Shown one piece after another: positions 47,514 through 55,699 of a stretch of 64,000 nt of DNA. The notes beneath the pieces were generated by a model, which worked only from the letters and a program-made list of their open reading frames with translations, was not told where the DNA came from and did not search any database. Source of the DNA: a virus (taxonomy: Duplodnaviria > Caudoviricetes); IMG/VR virus record IMGVR_UViG_3300028603_000005, positions 27,662 to 91,661 of that record; one strand, 5' to 3'. Position 1 is the first letter of the stretch; every line of letters begins with the position of its first letter. The translations under genes and the position numbers were made by a program.

Positions 47514-48074
47514 CTACTCATCATATTCTTCATCAAACTCTTCATCTTCGTCTTCAAAGTCATCATCTTCGTCTTCAAAGTCATCATCTTCAAATTCAGT
47601 CGCCCTAACTTGGTCTATAGTATCTCCTAAAAGGCCTTCTTCTAATAACCTATTTAGTTTAATTAGATAAGGTGAGATACCCTCTGGCAATTCACCAAAT
47701 TCTTCAAGGCTTATAATGTCTTCTTCTGGAATTGCTCTAAGACCAGAAATTGAATCATGGTAAGCTAATAGAAGGATTTGCAGTGAGTTTTTAATAGCTT
47801 GTCTAGCAACGTCAACATCTACGGAAATGTCTCGTCTTTGACCATCAATAGTTCCTTCATAAGTTACTGCTTCACCAGTGCTTATTACGTTGTTAAGTTC
47901 TCTAATAACATCTTCTGCGTTTTGAATAGCTCCTCTTGAATCACCTATTTCCCTTCTAGAAACAAATTGATTAAGATAAAGTCTTGTTAGTTGAGCGAAC
48001 TCTGCTTTACTTGTTTCCTCATTGAAAGCTTCATTGTCTAATATCTGTTTGTCTAAGTCTGTTAATATATACAT
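47514..48074 (-). CDS. hypothetical protein with a highly acidic repeated C-terminal tail
   Basis: FEDDDFEDEDDDFEDEDEEFDEEYDE; SD AAGGAG. Confidence 0.7.
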   Translation of the reverse strand: MYILTDLDKQILDNEAFNEETSKAEFAQLTRLYLNQFVSRREIGDSRGAIQNAEDVIRELNNVISTGEAVTYEGTIDGQRRDISVDVDVARQAIKNSLQILLLAYHDSISGLRAIPEEDIISLEEFGELPEGISPYLIKLNRLLEEGLLGDTIDQVRATEFEDDDFEDEDDDFEDEDEEFDEEYDE

Positions 48075-48096
48075 TTAATCTTCTCCTTTATTGTAT

Positions 48097-48130
48097 TAAA
48101 AAATCTCACTTAGTATAAACAAAGTGAGAT
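48097..48130 (-). terminator. rho-independent terminator
   Basis: ATCTCACTT/AAGTGAGAT stem followed by a U tract on the minus strand. Confidence 0.55.
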
Positions 48131-48165
48131 GGTCTTTTAGGTTTTGTTTATACCTTGTAGTTTTT

Positions 48166-48624
48166 TTATGTATATTGTTTTATATCTGGGAAGTATTGTT
48201 CCCCTAATTTAGTGGCTTGTCCTTCAAACCAAATACCGTCATAGTCTAAATACTTACCATACTTTTTATAGTGCCTATCATAAAGTCTATCCCACAGACC
48301 TGCTCTAATTACAGAGTGTAAGGCTATATAGATAAAGAAGGGACCATACCACTTTAACTGTATTGTGTGTCCTAACTCATGTTGGTTTACATGAGCACTG
48401 TTTTTTATATCTGCTCCGATTAAGTAAAAGAAGCCAAAACTTGCTCCACCTAAATTTTCTGAGATATAAGCTACTTGCAGTCTACCATGTACTACCTTAA
48501 TAGATTCTACTTTCTTTCTTAAAAAGATAATTATAAATAGAAAGACGAGGAATGAAATAATTGTATAAGGTAGTCCCCAAGTTAGTATTGAGAGATAGAA
48601 TAATAATTTATTTTCTTTTTTCAT
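48166..48624 (-). CDS. membrane protein with an HExxH zinc-metalloprotease-like motif
   Basis: N-terminal TM helix, HELGHTIQ, WFE.QA. Confidence 0.7.
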   Translation of the reverse strand: MKKENKLLFYLSILTWGLPYTIISFLVFLFIIIFLRKKVESIKVVHGRLQVAYISENLGGASFGFFYLIGADIKNSAHVNQHELGHTIQLKWYGPFFIYIALHSVIRAGLWDRLYDRHYKKYGKYLDYDGIWFEGQATKLGEQYFPDIKQYT

Positions 48625-49157
48625 AGTTTTCTAAGCCATTGGATTCTTTCTATTTCCTCTTCTGATAACTTCTTAGCTTGAGGTTGTGGTGTTGGTTGAA
48701 CAACAACACTTTTTGCTTGTGCTTCTTCTTCTGCTTTCTTTTTAGCTAGTTTAGCCTCTCTCATTCTTTTAGCTTGAAGTCTTAGACGAGCTTTCTTTTC
48801 TTCTGGTGTTTCAGGACCTTTATTTATTTCTGGTAATAAAGTTCCACCCCTAAGTTGCTTGATTACTTCTGGGCCTAAGCCAGAAGCTTCCCACATCATT
48901 CTTAAAAAGGTGTTTTGAGTTTTCTCATCTACATCATAAGGCGTACCTTTAATGATATATTTTTGATACTCTATGAACCATTTTAATAAATCTAATGTTT
49001 TGAAGTCTTTATTCTCTCTAGCTTTCTTTACTAATCTATTTACTAAAGGGTTTTTAACTTCTTCATTTAGGTAATACTTTTTAACCCCATTTAATCTATA
49101 GTTAATAGGTAGGTTAGCAGAATCTTCTAAATGCTTCCTTAACTCATATAAATCCAT
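48621..49157 (-). CDS. hypothetical basic protein
   Basis: ORF with SD GAGGAG. Confidence 0.7.
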   Translation of the reverse strand: MDLYELRKHLEDSANLPINYRLNGVKKYYLNEEVKNPLVNRLVKKARENKDFKTLDLLKWFIEYQKYIIKGTPYDVDEKTQNTFLRMMWEASGLGPEVIKQLRGGTLLPEINKGPETPEEKKARLRLQAKRMREAKLAKKKAEEEAQAKSVVVQPTPQPQAKKLSEEEIERIQWLRKL

Positions 49158-49171
49158 ACTTTACTCTCCTC

Positions 49172-49873
49172 TTAATACCTTGTTGCAATTAGAACACCTT
49201 TATTTGTTAAGGCTTCTTCTAATCTTTGAATTGTTTCATTAGCTTCACTTAGAAGCGTTTCTGCGTTTGTAGTCACTGGATTTGAAGTAACAATATATTT
49301 TCCTCTAGTCTGTGCTAGTTGTCTTTTAGATAATGCAGTAGCATACTCTAAGACCCACTTTAACCATTCTCCATCAGAGATTTTTTCTATATCTATTTTA
49401 CTTGGAATATAGGCTATAGTAACATTAGAAAAGAAGTGGTCTACAAATAACTTATCTCCAACAACTTTAGCATTTCTTCCTAAGATAGAATCTAATAAAG
49501 CTAATCTACTTATCATATTAGAATAAGTTTGGATTTGTGTATCTAAGGCTAAGCCCATTTGAAAATACATACTACCTAATCCTAACAAAGCAGCATCTGC
49601 TCTTAAAATGTTTGAGGTTGGATATACTGAAGTTACTATAGATACACCTTCTGGGTCAATATCTGTTAAGTTAATATAACCACCAGCAGAGCTTCCTGAA
49701 CTGTCTTTACTTAGTTCTACTGTTTTATAAGTTGGTGATGAGTAATATGAACTCATGGTCATTAAAGCTCTTTTGATATTTCTTTCTATATTAGCATCAC
49801 TTAGTTCTAAGTTGACTATAGTTAATCCTAACTCATCTTTAATAATATCTATAGCATCTTGTTTTGTTATCAT
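49172..49873 (-). CDS. neck protein (T4 gp13-like); start re-placed at MITKQ
   Basis: I...LG...VNLELSD..I...I..AL and WVLEYA.AL.K......RGKY......N...L..EA; promoter and SD upstream of 49873. Confidence 0.7.
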   Translation of the reverse strand: MITKQDAIDIIKDELGLTIVNLELSDANIERNIKRALMTMSSYYSSPTYKTVELSKDSSGSSAGGYINLTDIDPEGVSIVTSVYPTSNILRADAALLGLGSMYFQMGLALDTQIQTYSNMISRLALLDSILGRNAKVVGDKLFVDHFFSNVTIAYIPSKIDIEKISDGEWLKWVLEYATALSKRQLAQTRGKYIVTSNPVTTNAETLLSEANETIQRLEEALTNKGVLIATRY

Positions 49874-49907
49874 TGAATACACCTTCTTTTGTTGTATTTG
49901 TGCCTTT

Positions 49908-49936
49908 ATTATAGCACATATTATGCACACAAGCAA
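49908..49936 (-). promoter_or_regulatory. sigma70-type promoter TTGCTT-17-TATAAT (extended TG)
   Basis: Lies between array 2 and the neck gene. Confidence 0.6.
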
Positions 49937-49987
49937 CAATATGTTTATAATAATGTGTAGTGTGTCTGTTTTAGTTTAATATTAATG

Positions 49988-50125
49988 TGATTGACTGAAT
50001 TCTGGTTTGCTCCATAAAACGTCATTTCAAACGCTTTGTGGGCAATCAGAATTCACCAAGGTCTGCTATTAGTAACGTTAGTGTGCGTTAGCAGACCGTT
50101 TGTTAAGTAGACTTCTCTTATTAAC
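49988..50125 (-). ncRNA. structured repeat unit 3 of array 2
   Basis: Hairpins at 50102-50125 (loop TAAGAGAAGTCTAC), 50060-50097 and 49996-50055; GTCAA box at 49991-49995. Confidence 0.7.
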
Positions 50126-50175
50126 TTTCTTTCTACTAATGTAGATTTAATACTAAACTAGTTATTTAATTAATG

Positions 50176-50326
50176 TGCTTGACTATGAAGCTGGTATTCG
50201 TCGTTCTTTCTTTCACTCTATGGGACGTGAGTAGAGAAATAGGTGAAAGTAAGACTGACAATTACTAGCTTCCTTCTGCGTGACACTTCACGCAGGTTTT
50301 ATTCAAATAGACTTCTCCTATTGAAT
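50176..50326 (-). ncRNA. structured repeat unit 2 of array 2
   Basis: Hairpins at 50301-50326 (loop TAGGAGAAGTCTAT), 50276-50295 and 50187-50272 (tip CTCTACTCACGTCC); GTCAA box at 50179-50183. Confidence 0.7.
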
Positions 50327-50359
50327 TACTTTCTTTTAAAAAGATTTAATTAAATAAGT

Positions 50360-50498
50360 TGCTTGACTGAAGGATTGGAACTCCTCTAGCTGGGGAAGAT
50401 GCTTTGCTCTCCCCGCGTAGGGCGTTGCAATCCTTCCCTCGATTAGGACGTGAGTAGAGAAATCGAGGGTTTAGATAAATAGACTGCTCTTATTATCC
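50360..50498 (-). ncRNA. structured repeat unit 1 of array 2
   Basis: Hairpins at 50473-50498 (loop TAAGAGCAGTCTAT), 50436-50469 (loop CTCTACTCACGTCC) and 50369-50436; GTCAA box at 50363-50367. Confidence 0.7.
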
Positions 50499-50540
50499 AT
50501 AGACACACTTACACACAATGTAAGGTATACACACACCTTA

Positions 50541-50575
50541 CATTATATAATATACTTAACTTTTGTTTAATTCAA
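50541..50575 (-). promoter_or_regulatory. putative promoter of array 2, TAAACA-N6-AAGTATATTATATAATG
   Basis: Same motif as 8172-8200; also readable as TTGAAT-17-TATTAT. Confidence 0.65.
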
Positions 50576-50586
50576 GCTTTGGCTTG

Positions 50587-51744
50587 TTATTTATATGTGT
50601 TGTAATCAATGTGTTCAAAGATTAGTGATAATAACTCGCCAGTATCTTTATCTACTTTAAGCGTAAGAATTATCGCTCCTACTTCGGAGCGTAAGTTGTT
50701 CATATTCATCCACTTAGATTGTTTTTGAAATGAAGCTGGATAAATACCGTGTATATCATTAAAACTAATCCAGCCTAATTTATGGTAGTGTCCTAAGACA
50801 TTTATCTTAGATACTTTGTCTTGACCTCTGTTAATAAAGTTTTGAAGTTTATGAAACACATTTAGACTTGAACCATCGTTAGGGTGATATAAAGTAATAT
50901 CTACTTCAGGTGTTAACCAAATCCTTGCGTATGAATTACCCAAGAATTTAATATCAGTTCTACTACCAGCAAAAGTTTTAACAATATCTGCTAGACCTTG
51001 TTGAATATACCACTCATCATGATTACCTGAGATTACATAAGTAGTAATACCATCACGCTTAGGATAATGTTTAATACCATATTCTAATTGTTCTTGGAAG
51101 CCGATTGCTTTGTTTCCTAAAAATGTTTCTACTCTAGTGTTTTTATAACCTTCAAAAATATCTCCTGCATGGAGAATTGTGTCAATTCCTCTTTCTTTAG
51201 CTAAGTCATAGAAATGATTTAGTGATTCTTCATCACAATACTCACTACCTAAGTGTGTATCTGCAATAATACCAATTACTATTTCTTCGGAGTTATGCCA
51301 CCTGTCTATTAAGTCTTCTTCATTACCAAACTCTTTGGCTTTACGAAGGTTTTGAATATATTGTCTTTTACCTTCTGTCCAAATCTTAACTCCAGTAAAA
51401 CCTTTAAGTTGAAGTTTAGCTACTTCTAAAAGTATTTCATTAACTGTTACTTCTAAAATATCTGCTAAAGCTTTAATATCAGTTTTACGCTTAATTCTAT
51501 AAAGTATTCTCTCTTCTAAAGATTCTCTACCTGCTAAGTTATCAGCTCGTTTAGCTGAACTAATGTTAGGGTCTACATGCTTTTGCCCATGTCTTCTATT
51601 GATGCCTCTAACGCTTTCTGGAGTTACTCTTTTATCAGGGAATAACTTTCTAACTCTGTCAGATACTTCGTTCCAATCATTTCTTCCATTATTACGATTA
51701 CGAACTTCTTCTGCTATTTTTAATACTTTATCTCTATATTTCAA
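50587..51744 (-). CDS. calcineurin-like metallophosphoesterase with N-terminal HTH-like region
   Basis: ADTHLGS, AGDIFEG, SGNHD, YHP, GHYH. Confidence 0.85.
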   Translation of the reverse strand: MKYRDKVLKIAEEVRNRNNGRNDWNEVSDRVRKLFPDKRVTPESVRGINRRHGQKHVDPNISSAKRADNLAGRESLEERILYRIKRKTDIKALADILEVTVNEILLEVAKLQLKGFTGVKIWTEGKRQYIQNLRKAKEFGNEEDLIDRWHNSEEIVIGIIADTHLGSEYCDEESLNHFYDLAKERGIDTILHAGDIFEGYKNTRVETFLGNKAIGFQEQLEYGIKHYPKRDGITTYVISGNHDEWYIQQGLADIVKTFAGSRTDIKFLGNSYARIWLTPEVDITLYHPNDGSSLNVFHKLQNFINRGQDKVSKINVLGHYHKLGWISFNDIHGIYPASFQKQSKWMNMNNLRSEVGAIILTLKVDKDTGELLSLIFEHIDYNTYK

Positions 51745-51746
51745 TA

Positions 51747-52373
51747 CTACTTACCACCTTTATGTTTATGATTTATTGTAAATGATTCCCATAGATTGGA
51801 TTGCTTTAGAAATAAAAAGAAATCATCAATATAACTCTTAACTTTTTCTTCTAACTCTTCTTGACTAGGTCTTTCTATATGAACAATGTGATGTTCTTCT
51901 ATTTTTTCTTTACCTTCTGCTATTAAGTAATAAAAATCTTTTATCTTAGGAAATAGGTAGAAGTAGAAATAATGTTGAACATTTTCTGTATAAGAATCTT
52001 CATACAGCTTATTAGTTCTTTTTAAGTCAAATATTCTATTATTAACAATATCTATTGCATCAGCTTTACCTGAAAGAAAGATTGTATATTCTGGAAATTC
52101 TATATATGTGTTTCCCCAGACTTGTTTAGCAAGAGGTTGAACTACTTGTGATACTTTACCATGCTTACCTTCAAATACTTCTTTCTCATAAATGTTTCCT
52201 CTATCAAAATACTTATTAGGAATAAAGACTTTGTTTACACTATTGATAACACTTTGAAAAGAGTCTTCAGTAGGGATTTTCAAATAGAAAAGGTAAGTAT
52301 TAATTATAGAAGCAGATAAATTATATATCGGTTTTTTCTTCTGCATTTTCTTCTTCCTTTTTATGTTGCTCAT
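51747..52373 (-). CDS. PD-(D/E)XK nuclease-like protein
   Basis: LSAS, RG..YE, GKADAI....FDLKRT, QH..Y. Confidence 0.7.
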   Translation of the reverse strand: MSNIKRKKKMQKKKPIYNLSASIINTYLFYLKIPTEDSFQSVINSVNKVFIPNKYFDRGNIYEKEVFEGKHGKVSQVVQPLAKQVWGNTYIEFPEYTIFLSGKADAIDIVNNRIFDLKRTNKLYEDSYTENVQHYFYFYLFPKIKDFYYLIAEGKEKIEEHHIVHIERPSQEELEEKVKSYIDDFFLFLKQSNLWESFTINHKHKGGK

Positions 52374-52962
52374 ACTCTGCGAGAGCTTGGTCTATCATAT
52401 TATCTATTCTAAATTGTCTTTGGCTATCTTCTTTGATTTTAGCTAATCCTGCTTCTTCAATAATCTTAGAGAGCATTTCTTGAGGATTAAATCCTAAGTC
52501 TATCTTAACTAAGTTTTGGAGGTACTCTAAAAGTTCTACTATTTCAAAGATTGCTCCCGCTTCTGCTAAGTCTACATCTACACTCACATTGTCTAAATAG
52601 TTTTGAGTTACTTTATGTAGTTTTGCTTGAGCTCTATCTGTTTGTTTACCATACACAAAAATATCTGCTAAGATAATTGGAATGATAGAAAGCACCTGAG
52701 TAATGTTCTTTTTGAATAGTCCTCTAAAGGCTGCTTTAATTTCTGCATCAATATCTAATAAAATATGCTCTTCTTTAAAATCTTTTAAATCATCATCCCA
52801 GACTTCAATAATATCTTTATTAAAAAAAGGCTTATATTGTTCTGGAACATTCTCCCACTTTAAATATGTTAAGAGTCTATACAAACCAGTGGCAACATGG
52901 GGATTGTTTTGCCAATCTTGAACTCTTCTTAAAATAACTTTTTCAGTTCTCAATGACTTCAC
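52321..52962 (-). CDS. hypothetical protein
   Basis: ORF after a phage promoter. Confidence 0.7.
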   Translation of the reverse strand: MKSLRTEKVILRRVQDWQNNPHVATGLYRLLTYLKWENVPEQYKPFFNKDIIEVWDDDLKDFKEEHILLDIDAEIKAAFRGLFKKNITQVLSIIPIILADIFVYGKQTDRAQAKLHKVTQNYLDNVSVDVDLAEAGAIFEIVELLEYLQNLVKIDLGFNPQEMLSKIIEEAGLAKIKEDSQRQFRIDNMIDQALAEYEQHKKEEENAEEKTDI

Positions 52963-53003
52963 TCCTGTTCTTTTGACATAGTAAATATACTATCTTACAT
53001 ATG

Positions 53004-53031
53004 CTATAGTGTTAATTCTAACTTTTTATAT
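53004..53031 (-). promoter_or_regulatory. phage promoter motif ATATAAA-N12-ACACTATAG
   Basis: Exact consensus. Confidence 0.8.
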
Positions 53032-55049
53032 TAGTTGTTTTTTAATAGGTTTGTTAAATCGTTTAAGGCTTTCTCTATGTAGTCTTTTGTTTCTTTGTTT
53101 GACTTATTAGTTTTAATAAATAAATCCATTAAAGTGCTTTCGTTAGTGTCTGACTTATCTGCTGCTTTAATTGTGTTATAGACTGAACCTGCAACAGAGT
53201 CAGCAACGTCTTTGCTCTCTTTTGGTGGGTGGTCTATCTTCTTACCTCCTGAGAAAGAGATTAAGCCAAAAAGTTCTTTCTCAAAGTAGTCGTGTCTATA
53301 TGTTTCAAAACGACCTTCATCTATCATGTTAGCTAAAGTGTTATAAGGTTCTGGTGTTCTATCTACAGATAAGTTTTCAGTCTTAATACCAAATTCTGAA
53401 AGTTCTTGTAATAGTTGTGCTGATTGAAATTGGTCAGCTGTAACTAAAGCTATGTTTACACCAAGCACTTGTTTTAAGTAAATAATAAAATCTCTAATCT
53501 TAGGGATAGATATTCTGTGTGGTTTTTTAGGTGGTTTTATTCTTAGCATAAAGTCTACTCCTACAATCGGTAAAGTAGAATCATACTCTATCTCATCACC
53601 ATATTTTTCTTGGTGTGCTGTTAGTTGTTTTTGATATAATGGTTTGTGTCCTGAAATGTGTGCCATAGATATTCCTACACTGTCATTAGATAAAGCTAAG
53701 TCAATGTGCATAAATCTTGGAGCACTAGGATTTCTAAACTTAAAGTTAGGCTTTAAGTAAAAGTTAATTGGTTGATATCCATCTTCAAAACTATTGTCTG
53801 TAGTAGACAAGATTATTTCTTGCTTAGTAAAAGGTTCTTCTATGTATGATTTAATAGACCTATCAAAAGCTTCTTTATTAGAAAAGAATTTACTAATTGA
53901 AGCGACTGAGTATCCAGCCAACGATTGAAGTCCTTCTGTAATGTTTAGCTCAAAGACTGAGCGATGCTCTTCAGGGACTTTTAAGATTAAAGGTTTAATT
54001 TCATTAGGTAGTCTTTCATAGACTGTACTTAAATCACCATCATCAAACATAGGTTTACGATAGGCTTGTAAGATTAAGTTAATATCTCCCATTGATTTGA
54101 TTACTCTCGGTTCTACATTATTACCACCAGCAAAAACTAAAAACCTATCTTTTTTATATTCTTGAGGTTTAACATCCCACAGTGCTGGAGAATAAATCTT
54201 AGTATGTGGGTCTTGAGAGTATTGAGAAATCACACTTTCTGTAAATGAGCCTACATGAGTAGTGGATGATACTAAGATAATTAAAGAGTAGTTTGTGCCA
54301 CCAACTACAAACCTTGTTTGAGCTCTGGTCATTAGTTGTGAGTATAAATTTAAAACTCTTTGATTTACGTTATAATCATTATCTTTAGTAGCACTTGCCA
54401 TCTCTCTAAAGTTAGCTTCATCTAAGATTGCTCCTATCATATCTAACCCAATAAAGTGGTTGTGTCTAGAACCAACAGTGACCCACACTCTTGCATCGGG
54501 CCAAATAATTGAAGAGTCTATTCCAGGATTTCTTTTGAAGTGTTCTTGGAAGTAAGGGATATCATCTATCCACTCTGTTAGTTTAGAGAATCCTGAGTTC
54601 ATAGCTTGGTCTTTAGTAACTGATAAGTAAGCGAAGGCTAACTTAGATATATTATCAAGGTTAAAAAGTCGTGCTACATTCTCGTAGCAAGACAATTCAT
54701 AAATCCTTCTTAAGATTACTAACAAAGCAAAGGTTGTTTTACCAGCACCTTGAGCACCTGTCAAGATTAGTTGATTGACTCTTTGTGGTGCTTCATAAAC
54801 ATCTATTAGAGCTTGTTTCCAATAGGGGTAAAGTGTGTTAACACTACCACCTACATAGTAGGGACTGTTGACCCATTCTCTAATAGGGACGATAGGACGA
54901 ATTAGTTTGGCTTCAGCTTTAGTTAAAGACTTCGCTTGAAGCCAAGCATTTCTTATTGTGTCTAATTCATCCTTACTATAGACATCTTTTAAGTTAGTTA
55001 GTAATTCTTCAAATGACTTTGTGTTTTTACTTACTTCTTGTTGTTGCAT
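53031..55049 (-). CDS. terL: terminase large subunit
   Basis: LYPYW, Walker A GAQGAGKT, Walker B ILDEAN, nuclease HIDLAL, DQFQS, KIDHP...SKDVADSVAG. Confidence 0.9.
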   Translation of the reverse strand: MQQQEVSKNTKSFEELLTNLKDVYSKDELDTIRNAWLQAKSLTKAEAKLIRPIVPIREWVNSPYYVGGSVNTLYPYWKQALIDVYEAPQRVNQLILTGAQGAGKTTFALLVILRRIYELSCYENVARLFNLDNISKLAFAYLSVTKDQAMNSGFSKLTEWIDDIPYFQEHFKRNPGIDSSIIWPDARVWVTVGSRHNHFIGLDMIGAILDEANFREMASATKDNDYNVNQRVLNLYSQLMTRAQTRFVVGGTNYSLIILVSSTTHVGSFTESVISQYSQDPHTKIYSPALWDVKPQEYKKDRFLVFAGGNNVEPRVIKSMGDINLILQAYRKPMFDDGDLSTVYERLPNEIKPLILKVPEEHRSVFELNITEGLQSLAGYSVASISKFFSNKEAFDRSIKSYIEEPFTKQEIILSTTDNSFEDGYQPINFYLKPNFKFRNPSAPRFMHIDLALSNDSVGISMAHISGHKPLYQKQLTAHQEKYGDEIEYDSTLPIVGVDFMLRIKPPKKPHRISIPKIRDFIIYLKQVLGVNIALVTADQFQSAQLLQELSEFGIKTENLSVDRTPEPYNTLANMIDEGRFETYRHDYFEKELFGLISFSGGKKIDHPPKESKDVADSVAGSVYNTIKAADKSDTNESTLMDLFIKTNKSNKETKDYIEKALNDLTNLLKNN

Positions 55050-55061
55050 TTAAACAACTCC

Positions 55062-55661
55062 TTATATTTTAATGTCTATCTTTATCTCATCTATTTCATT
55101 AGGTGGTGTTGGTGCTATTGGTAAGGGTGTTAATGAAGGTGTTCTATATTGTCCTATAATTTGAACTTTCTTATCATCAAACAAAGTGTTGTCTGGTGAA
55201 ATACCAGTATAGTCATAAAAATCAGCATCATCACGTAGACTATCACACTTAACTAAAGATATTATATTATACTCTTTTTGAGTAGTAGCACTAATGCCTT
55301 TAATAACTGTTAGTAAGTCAAACTTATTTACTAAGTAATTATTTAAGTTAGACTTCTTAATATATTCATAGTTAGTGCCTTCTAAAAGAGTTCCTGTTTT
55401 AACTACTTTATCTACTTCTGAAATACCTGAACTTCTTTCTGTAGGTACTCCAATATAAGCATCATTTCCTGTGTCTACTTTAACTACATAGACAAGGTTT
55501 TTAGTGCCACCTACAAAGGAAGTTACATTTGCTGTTTGAGAAACACTTCCTTGAGCACTATCTTTAGAGAACACAAGATAAAGATACCTTGGTCCTGTCT
55601 CATTTAGTAATTCTTTAATAAGTATTGTTTTAATGTCGTGGTTTATTTTAAAATCAGCCAT
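55062..55661 (-). CDS. putative baseplate protein
   Basis: Position at the end of the baseplate cluster. Confidence 0.45.
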   Translation of the reverse strand: MADFKINHDIKTILIKELLNETGPRYLYLVFSKDSAQGSVSQTANVTSFVGGTKNLVYVVKVDTGNDAYIGVPTERSSGISEVDKVVKTGTLLEGTNYEYIKKSNLNNYLVNKFDLLTVIKGISATTQKEYNIISLVKCDSLRDDADFYDYTGISPDNTLFDDKKVQIIGQYRTPSLTPLPIAPTPPNEIDEIKIDIKI

Positions 55662-55699
55662 ATATTATCTCTCCTTTATTTTCTTTTTATATTTTCTTT

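Noticed and set aside
49991-50367. Plus-strand TTGAC(T/A) boxes of the units as antisense sigma70 promoters
   Set aside because: None of the five has a credible -10 hexamer at 16-18 bp; the box abuts hairpin III instead.
49988-50498. Array units as hairpin ribozymes (loop AAG-AGAA-GUC resembles loop A; AGUC resembles the cleavage site)
   Set aside because: No substrate strand of the form GAC-N-GUC-CUU is positioned to pair, no loop B is present within the units, and two copies read AGCA. The loop-B-like TAAACA/GTATATTA words are in the promoter and lack the intervening helix.
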